DNA of 61,894 nt from a bacterium (GTDB taxonomy: Bacteria; Bacillota; Clostridia; TANB77; RGIG9151), in NCBI GenBank assembly GCA_963635575.1, contig CAVHFU010000004.1, forward strand, positions 1 through 61,894, read 5' to 3'. Below the pieces are notes generated by a model. It did not search any database and was not told the origin of the DNA. It saw only the letters and a program-made list of their open reading frames with translations. Shown piece after piece: positions 55,923-61,894 of this stretch. Within the stretch, counting starts at the first letter, position 1. Each line of letters starts with the position of its first letter. The position numbers and the translations under genes were made by a program.

Positions 55923-57299
55923 ATGAGATTGTTTAATACTTTAACAAGGAAAAAAGAAGAATTTAAACCTTTGATTGGAAATGAGGTGAGAATTTATTCT
56001 TGTGGACCAACAGTATATAGCTATGCACATATTGGAAACTTACGTGCTTATTTATTTATGGATTTATTAAGACGTACGTTAAAATATAACGGATACGAAT
56101 TAAAACATGTTATGAATATAACAGATGTCGGCCATTTAGTATCTGATGCTGATGAAGGCGAAGATAAGATGGAAAAAGCTGCGCGTGAGCAAAAGAGAAC
56201 TCCCCTTGAAATCGCAGAAATGTATACAAAGGAATTCTTTAAGGATTTTGAAAGACTAAATATAGATAAACCTGAAATTATAGCTAAAGCAACGGAGCAT
56301 ATCTCGGATATGCTTGAATATGCAAAAGAAATTGTTGCAAATGGTTATGGTTATGAAACAAGTAATGGAGTTTACTTTGATATAAGTAAATTAGATAAAT
56401 ACGGTATTTTGTCAGGAATAAGCTTAGAGGACCAACTTGCCGGTGCTAGAATTGCCGTTGACGATGAAAAGAGAAGCCCACTTGATTTTGCTATTTGGAT
56501 AAAAGCTCCTGAAAACCACATTATGAAGTGGGATAGCCCTTGGGGGCTATCATATCCGGGATGGCACTTGGAATGTTCTGCTATGGGAAGAAAGTATTTG
56601 GGAGATGTGTTTGATATACATACCGGTGGAGAGGACCATATTCCAATTCACCACGAAAACGAGATAGCACAAGCTAAGGGTGCAACAGGAAAGATACCTG
56701 CAAAATGGTGGATGCACGTTGCGTTTTTAACAGTTGATGGTGGAAAAATGTCAAAGAGTTTAGGGAATTGCTATAGAATTGAGGAGCTTAAAGAAAAAGG
56801 ATTTGATCCTCTTGCATATAGATATTTTTGTTTAAATTCTCATTACAAGAGTAAATTAAACTTTACTTTCGAGGCATTAAAATCAGCACAAACGGCGCTT
56901 AATAGATTAAGAGAAGGAATTAAACAACATGCAAACGGTGAAGCAAAAATTTCTCCTGAAGAAATAGAAGCTTATAAATTACAGTTTAAGGATGCTATTA
57001 ATGATGACTTGAATTCGCCAAAGGCATTAGCAGTTTTGTGGGAAGTGGTTAGAAAAGAAGTAAAATCTAAAGATTATTTGGAACTTATTAAAGATTTTGA
57101 TAGAGTGTTAGCACTTGACTTAGATATAGATAAAATTAATGCATTGCCTACTGAAGAAGAGGAATATTCTGACGAGGTAAAAGCATTAATCGAGCAAAGA
57201 AATATAGCAAGAGCAAATAAAAATTGGGCTGAGGCAGACAGAATAAGAGATTTGCTTAATGCTCAAGGAATTAAGATAAATGATAAAAAAATAGGTTGA
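55923..57299 (+). CDS. cysS: cysteine--tRNA ligase
   Basis: YAHIGNLR (HIGH) and KMSKSLGN. Confidence 0.95.
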   Translation: MRLFNTLTRKKEEFKPLIGNEVRIYSCGPTVYSYAHIGNLRAYLFMDLLRRTLKYNGYELKHVMNITDVGHLVSDADEGEDKMEKAAREQKRTPLEIAEMYTKEFFKDFERLNIDKPEIIAKATEHISDMLEYAKEIVANGYGYETSNGVYFDISKLDKYGILSGISLEDQLAGARIAVDDEKRSPLDFAIWIKAPENHIMKWDSPWGLSYPGWHLECSAMGRKYLGDVFDIHTGGEDHIPIHHENEIAQAKGATGKIPAKWWMHVAFLTVDGGKMSKSLGNCYRIEELKEKGFDPLAYRYFCLNSHYKSKLNFTFEALKSAQTALNRLREGIKQHANGEAKISPEEIEAYKLQFKDAINDDLNSPKALAVLWEVVRKEVKSKDYLELIKDFDRVLALDLDIDKINALPTEEEEYSDEVKALIEQRNIARANKNWAEADRIRDLLNAQGIKINDKKIG

Positions 57300-57338
57300 A
57301 AAAAGAGGGTGACGTTTTAAGATGTCACTCTCTTTTTA
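57300..57338. terminator. bidirectional terminator
   Basis: AAAAAGAGGGTGAC...GTCACTCTCTTTTT. Confidence 0.8.
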
Positions 57339-57348
57339 AATAAATTTC

Positions 57349-57729
57349 TTACAATGCCTCATTTCCGGGAATAAGGTAGGTCACAATTCCATATACGATT
57401 GCGCCGATTATAGCAGATAAGACTGTAATACTATATCCTGCTACAAAGAACTGAGTTAAGTATAGTATTAATGCTGCTGCTACGAATCCAACAATTCCAC
57501 GTCCGAAAGGGGAAGCATCTATTCCAAGCAATTTAACGAATAGGTAATCTAAAACTGTAAGCACAACAGCAGCTACAATTAAAGGACCTATGCCACTTAT
57601 TGCAAACCCCGGTGTTAAAAATGCGGTAATAGCAAGTACTACGGCAGAAGCGATTAATCTGATTACGATTCCGGCAACATTCCAGTCGGTTGATACGCTT
57701 TTGCTATTTTGTTTTTGTTGATTATCCAT
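57349..57729 (-). CDS. small 4-TM membrane protein (DUF360/YvlD-like at best)
   Basis: Hydrophobic profile. LTPGFAISGIGPLIVAAVVLTVLDYL is reminiscent of YvlD-type proteins. Family assignment is weak. Confidence 0.6.
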   Translation of the reverse strand: MDNQQKQNSKSVSTDWNVAGIVIRLIASAVVLAITAFLTPGFAISGIGPLIVAAVVLTVLDYLFVKLLGIDASPFGRGIVGFVAAALILYLTQFFVAGYSITVLSAIIGAIVYGIVTYLIPGNEAL

Positions 57730-57865
57730 GTGATAACCCTCCTTTTTTTGTTTGTTTTTATTTTTTGCAGTTATTTATTTTTTATACAATTTTTTTGCTA
57801 TTCCGGTATTAAATTTGAAATAATGGAAAAATTGATATATGTAGAAACAAGATAGGAGTACACAT

Positions 57866-58543
57866 ATGCTTATATTGATTTTCAGAGCAGTTTTTTTATA
57901 TATTTTTGTAATAATAGTAATGCGGATGATGGGGAAACGGGAAATAGGGCAACTTCAACCGTACGAATTAGCTATAACCTTAATTATTTCGGAATTGGTT
58001 ACTCTACCAATGGAAAACACCGGAATTCCACTTGTTAGTGGAATAATTCCTGTGTTGGTAATTACATTTACTCAAATGCTTTTGTCATTTATAACAACGA
58101 AAAGCCAGTTTATGCAAGATTTAATTTCAGGAACGTATACAATCATTATCGAAAATGGCAATTTAATTGAAAAAAATATGCTTAAGCAAAAATACACAAT
58201 AGTTGAATTATTAGAACAATTACGTCTAAACGGAGTATCTAAAATTTCTGATGTCCAATATGCAATACTTGAGACCAGCGGACAATTGAGCGTAATTTTA
58301 AAAGAACCTAAACGTCCTGTTACGGCCGAACAGATGAATATAAACACATCCTATGAAGGTTTACCAATTAGTCTAATTTTGGATGGTAAACTAGTAACTA
58401 GGAATATCGATAATATAAAGATTACTGAAAAAGAAGTAAAAGAATATCTAAAAACTAATGAGTTAAAATTAGAAGATGTTTTTTACTTAAGTGTTGATGC
58501 ACAAAAGGAATATTATCTTCAAAGAAGGGAGAAAGAGCAATGA
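57866..58543 (+). CDS. DUF421 (YetF/YdfS-like) membrane protein
   Basis: MRMMGKREIGQLQPYELAITLIISELV is the family signature. Confidence 0.85.
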   Translation: MLILIFRAVFLYIFVIIVMRMMGKREIGQLQPYELAITLIISELVTLPMENTGIPLVSGIIPVLVITFTQMLLSFITTKSQFMQDLISGTYTIIIENGNLIEKNMLKQKYTIVELLEQLRLNGVSKISDVQYAILETSGQLSVILKEPKRPVTAEQMNINTSYEGLPISLILDGKLVTRNIDNIKITEKEVKEYLKTNELKLEDVFYLSVDAQKEYYLQRREKEQ

Positions 58544-58917
58544 AGAACTCTATTGTTGGAATACTTATAGGTTTTTTTGTTGTAATTTCTTTTGGAATAG
58601 TTGAAGCTAAGTATTTAGAAAAAGTATCAAATGAATTGGCAGAGTATATTGAAGAAATCGAAAACTATTCTAAAGTCGACAAAAAAATCAAGGAAATTAC
58701 AGGCTTTAGGGAAAAATGGGATAAAAACCAAAAGTTTTTGAGTATAATGATTGACCACCAAGATATTTATAAAATTGAATCGGCTTTAGTAGAAATTGAA
58801 TCTATTTTAAAAAATAATTTAAATAGCAGTCAAATTTCTACAAATTTCGCACTGTTGAAGTTGTATATTAATAATATGTCAAGTGAGCGAAGATTTACAT
58901 TGGAAAACGTATTGTAA
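58540..58917 (+). CDS. DUF4363-like small membrane-anchored protein
   Basis: N-terminal TM, ATGA overlap with the DUF421 gene, and the usual DUF421 neighbour in Clostridia. Family assignment is from memory. Confidence 0.6.
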   Translation: MKNSIVGILIGFFVVISFGIVEAKYLEKVSNELAEYIEEIENYSKVDKKIKEITGFREKWDKNQKFLSIMIDHQDIYKIESALVEIESILKNNLNSSQISTNFALLKLYINNMSSERRFTLENVL

Positions 58918-58961
58918 AACTTTGAACTGTATAGTAAAATTCATAGTGAAGGAGGATTATT

Positions 58962-59135
58962 ATGAAAGATATGAGAAACTTTGAAACAGAGATTGAAGAA
59001 TTGAGGGATAAGCTAAATTTGGAAATCCAAAATCAAATGGAGAAACATGTGCCCTCAGATAAGCTCCTCGAATTAAGTAAAAAGATGGATGAATTGCTAA
59101 ATGAATATCATTCAGAATACTACCAAACTTTTTAA
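58962..59135 (+). CDS. Spo0E-like sporulation regulatory (aspartyl-phosphatase family) protein, 57 aa, absent from the ORF track
   Basis: GAAGGAGG RBS is 6-7 nt upstream. MKDMRNFETEIEELRDKLNLEIQ...SDKLLELSKKMDELLNEY fits the Spo0E-like pattern I..lR..L....(S)..ll.lS..lD.LI..Y. Confidence 0.6.
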   Translation: MKDMRNFETEIEELRDKLNLEIQNQMEKHVPSDKLLELSKKMDELLNEYHSEYYQTF

Positions 59136-59221
59136 ATTTTAGTATACAGATATGCTTTTTAAATGATAAAGTACTTTTGAATTTGCTTAATCATATTATA
59201 GGAAAAAGAGGAGAGATGATT

Positions 59222-60196
59222 ATGAAAATTTCGGAAGTAAAGAAATTAATCGGAAATACTCCGATGATAAATATTAAGTGTATTCATGACGGAGTTGAAA
59301 AGCATGTTTTTGCTAAACTTGAATGGTATAGCATAACTGGCAGTATAAAGGATAGAGCTGCTTTCTATATAATTGATGAAGCTATTAAAACAGGTGCTTT
59401 GATCCCAAACCAACCTATCATAGAGGCGACTAGTGGAAATATGGGTATTTCAATAGCTGCTATTGGAACTTTACTCGGACATCCGGTACATATTTTTATG
59501 CCGGATTGGATGAGTGAAGAAAGAAAGTTGATTTTAAAAGGGTATGGTGCTGCATTGCATGAGGTAAGCCACGATGATGGCGGATTTGTTGGTGCAATAG
59601 AAAAGGCTAAAGAGTTGGCAAAGGAAATCAACGGATTTTGTACTAAACAGTTTGAAAACAAAAATAATACCATTTCGCATTATGAGTTGACCGGAAGTGA
59701 AATCATAGAGAATATGAGCGGAAAAAAGATTGACGGTTTTGTTTCCGGTATAGGTACTGGTGGAACTTTGATGGGAGTAGGTAAAAAGTTAAAGTCCTTC
59801 GACAAAAGTGTAAGAACCTATGCTTTTGAGCCTGATTCGCTGTCTGTTATACTAAAAGGTGCGACTTCTGGCCAGCATAAAATAGCCGGTGTTGGGGACG
59901 AATTTATACCGGATTTAGTAAAACGAGAGGAGATAGACGAAATCCTCCTTATTAATGATGATGACGCAGTAAATATGAGTAGGATTTTGGCAAAAAGTTT
60001 GGGACTTGGAGTGGGGATATCGAGCGGAGCTAATTTTTTAACATCTGTATTGGTTAATGAGGGAAAGAAAAATATTGTTACTGTATTCCCGGATGATAAC
60101 AAAAAGTATCTTACAACAGACCTAGGAAAAGAAATTGATGAGAATAAAAAACTTATATCCAATCATATAAAGTGTATCGGATATGAGGTAATGTAA
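59222..60196 (+). CDS. cysK: cysteine synthase family PLP enzyme (CysK/CysM-like)
   Basis: LIGNTPMI, GSIKDRAA, EATSGNMGISIA, GIGTGGTLMG. Confidence 0.8.
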   Translation: MKISEVKKLIGNTPMINIKCIHDGVEKHVFAKLEWYSITGSIKDRAAFYIIDEAIKTGALIPNQPIIEATSGNMGISIAAIGTLLGHPVHIFMPDWMSEERKLILKGYGAALHEVSHDDGGFVGAIEKAKELAKEINGFCTKQFENKNNTISHYELTGSEIIENMSGKKIDGFVSGIGTGGTLMGVGKKLKSFDKSVRTYAFEPDSLSVILKGATSGQHKIAGVGDEFIPDLVKREEIDEILLINDDDAVNMSRILAKSLGLGVGISSGANFLTSVLVNEGKKNIVTVFPDDNKKYLTTDLGKEIDENKKLISNHIKCIGYEVM

Positions 60197-60198
60197 AG

Positions 60199-60257
60199 AC
60201 TAAACTATTTATAACCTTTGTTAATTCACAATGTTATAAATAGTTTAGTTTTTTTTA
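60199..60257 (+). terminator. rho-independent terminator (17-bp perfect stem)
   Basis: ACTAAACTATTTATAAC-N17-GTTATAAATAGTTTAGT followed by TTTTTTTT. Confidence 0.85.
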
Positions 60258-60279
60258 ATACGAATTGCTACAGAAAAAG

Positions 60280-60308
60280 TTGACATAAAAAAGAACACGT
60301 GATAAAAT
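60280..60308 (+). promoter_or_regulatory. sigmaA-type promoter TTGACA-17-TGaTAAAAT
   Basis: Consensus -35 at 60280-60285; extended -10 TG at 60300-60301; TAAAAT at 60303-60308. Confidence 0.65.
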
Positions 60309-60345
60309 GAAAAAGGATTAAAAATACACTAGGGGGGTGGATTAT

Positions 60346-61158
60346 ATGAGCAATAGTTTTTTAGTACTTAGTCATCACAGATCGGGTTCTAATTTCTTAT
60401 GTAATTTGCTATGTGCCAATAAAGAAGTTGTATGCATAAATGAGCCATTATCTATGCATACAACTTTTTTTTATGAAAATGATTTAATAGATTGGCAGGC
60501 AAATGAATATGACAGTGAATTTTTGCATAAGTCATTAAGGCAATTTCCAGAGCTTACAGGGTATTTAAAGGAGCTGAGATCATATTTAATTGAAGATTCA
60601 AATGCTAAAAGGGCAGTTGGTTTTAAAGAAACTTTACTTTTTGAAAAGTTGCCTTGGTTTAAAGAGTTTATGCCAGAGATCAAAATAATTTATTTGGTGA
60701 GAGATCCGCGTGCTGTTATAAACTCAGTAATGCGTAACGATATGTATAAAATTTGGAACTATGATGTTACGGTAAAGAGATATCTTGAAGTAAATAACCC
60801 TGAAATAAAGATATCTACTCCAATTGAATTAGCTACATGGAGTTGGAAAATAAGAAACAATTTGTTTAACAGATACAAAAAATTATTTGACTATAAAATA
60901 GTAAGACTTGAAGATATAGTTAATGCTCCTCAAGAAGAAACAAGCAAAGTTATGTCTTTTCTTAATAAGGGGTTATCTGATGAACAAGTTGCTTTTTTAT
61001 CTAAAGTATATGTGGAGGATAAAAAGGGTAGGGCATTTTCAGTATTTACTTCAAAGGATAGGGTATTAAACGACTGGAAGGGTAGGGTGAGTATTGAAGA
61101 TGAAAAGTATATTAGACGAATCCTGTGTAATGAAATGGAAGAATACAGATACATATAA
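60346..61158 (+). CDS. sulfotransferase-domain protein
   Basis: SHHRSGSNF is like a PAPS 5'-phosphosulfate-binding loop. YLVRDPRAVINS is like a 3'-phosphate-binding motif. G-rich RBS before ATG 60346. Confidence 0.75.
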   Translation: MSNSFLVLSHHRSGSNFLCNLLCANKEVVCINEPLSMHTTFFYENDLIDWQANEYDSEFLHKSLRQFPELTGYLKELRSYLIEDSNAKRAVGFKETLLFEKLPWFKEFMPEIKIIYLVRDPRAVINSVMRNDMYKIWNYDVTVKRYLEVNNPEIKISTPIELATWSWKIRNNLFNRYKKLFDYKIVRLEDIVNAPQEETSKVMSFLNKGLSDEQVAFLSKVYVEDKKGRAFSVFTSKDRVLNDWKGRVSIEDEKYIRRILCNEMEEYRYI

Positions 61159-61849
61159 AGTCTTAAAGCGAAAAATCATTTCGAATGTAGTACTTGTAAC
61201 TGAGGAAATCATAGACAAATATGGTGCCAGTGAGATTTCTCCCTTTTATATATCAAAGAGCTTATTTACAAATCAAGAACTTGTAGATATCCTAAACTTA
61301 TTTAATTTACGTAGTATTAAGGGAGGATCTTATATAATAATAAATGAATATAATAAATCGTTACCAATTAAGTGGAATGAAATAAAGCAACAATATGTTG
61401 TGAGTAACGAATATAAAGAACATCCGGTTACAGGGATATCTTGGGAGGGAGCATGCTTTATTGCTAAATTATTTGATGCAAGACTCCCATACGAAAAAGA
61501 GTGGGAAATAGCGGCTACTTCTGGAAATAGTAATTATATGTATTCTTGGGGAAATGAAGAACCCAATAGTACATTAAGTAATTATGAAGAAAATGTAGGA
61601 AGTACATCTAAGGTAAACTCATATCCGCCAAATGGATTAGGAATATATGATATGTGTGGCAATGTTGATGAATGGTGTTTAGATGGCATGAGAATAGATG
61701 AAAATACTTTATCTAAATATGAAAAAGTAGTAAAAGGGGGGTGTTGGTACAAATCGTCTGATAATATGATATGTAGTTCCAAAAGGAGTAGATGGTCAAA
61801 AATAGGAGCGACAGGTATTGGATTTAGAATGGTTTTTGAAAGACAGTAG
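61100..61849 (+). CDS. formylglycine-generating-enzyme (FGE/SUMF1) fold domain protein, non-canonical active-site cysteines
   Basis: HPVTGISWEGACFIAK, GIYDMCGNVDEWCLD, KGGCWYKSS, GFRMVFE. The start is uncertain (61094 TTG, 61100 ATG or 61130 ATG) and overlaps the sulfotransferase gene by 29-65 nt. Confidence 0.75.
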   Translation: MKSILDESCVMKWKNTDTYKVLKRKIISNVVLVTEEIIDKYGASEISPFYISKSLFTNQELVDILNLFNLRSIKGGSYIIINEYNKSLPIKWNEIKQQYVVSNEYKEHPVTGISWEGACFIAKLFDARLPYEKEWEIAATSGNSNYMYSWGNEEPNSTLSNYEENVGSTSKVNSYPPNGLGIYDMCGNVDEWCLDGMRIDENTLSKYEKVVKGGCWYKSSDNMICSSKRSRWSKIGATGIGFRMVFERQ

Positions 61850-61894
61850 GTAATATGTCAATAGGAAAAAAATAAAAATTTTAATGAAATTTGT

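Overview
This 61.9-kb window comes from a low-GC, endospore-forming Firmicute that looks Clostridia-like. Supporting evidence is a SipL-type SPOCS/LysM coat morphogenetic protein, an alpha/beta SASP, the yabP-yabQ-divIC-yabR cluster, a Spo0E-like small ORF and a DUF421/DUF4363 pair. About 85% of genes are on the + strand. Most are core housekeeping blocks with Bacillus-like, origin-proximal synteny: pgsA-truA; rpsP-khpA-rimM-trmD-rplS; Ile T-box + ileS; secA; gdpP-rplI-dnaB-tilS-hpt-ftsH-acpS; rpsU-yqeY; three tRNAs (CAU, Tyr, Thr); rho-rpmE; hisS; cysS. Cell-envelope genes are interspersed: a polysaccharide deacetylase, an M14 gamma-D-Glu-DAP peptidase, an Amidase_3, a femAB-like + alanine-racemase-like operon, an SLH/LRR surface protein, and a large thioester-less alpha-2-macroglobulin followed by a Ca-type P-type ATPase. 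I see no CRISPR array, rRNA, intact transposase or integrase, prophage, or recognisable multi-gene defence operon. The features that standard annotation does not explain are listed below.
1. A dispersed family of ~105-bp MITE-like elements with conserved inverted termini has four copies. One supplies a gene's stop codon, and two sit in opposite orientation in the hisS promoter region.
2. A degraded Rpn/DUF4351 nuclease-transposase remnant lies next to one MITE copy.
3. An overlapping sulfotransferase + FGE/SUMF1-like gene pair is cut by the right window edge. A secreted FGE-like-domain protein sits at the left edge.
4. An unannotated 26-aa ORF ends in a G9 tract and has its own terminator.
5. 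Several blocks look G+C-richer than the surroundings: the beta-CASP nuclease with an 82-aa ORF, and a 151-aa K/E/A-rich ORF.
6. Smaller observations include a class-III-like Fic, a Cys-rich 90-aa protein with a sigmaK-like promoter, an unannotated Spo0E-like ORF, and a GdpP whose DHHA1 motif reads GGGGS.
I do not see a convincing novel multi-gene system, so scores are modest. All calls come from reading motifs in the supplied translations and sequence; no searches were run.
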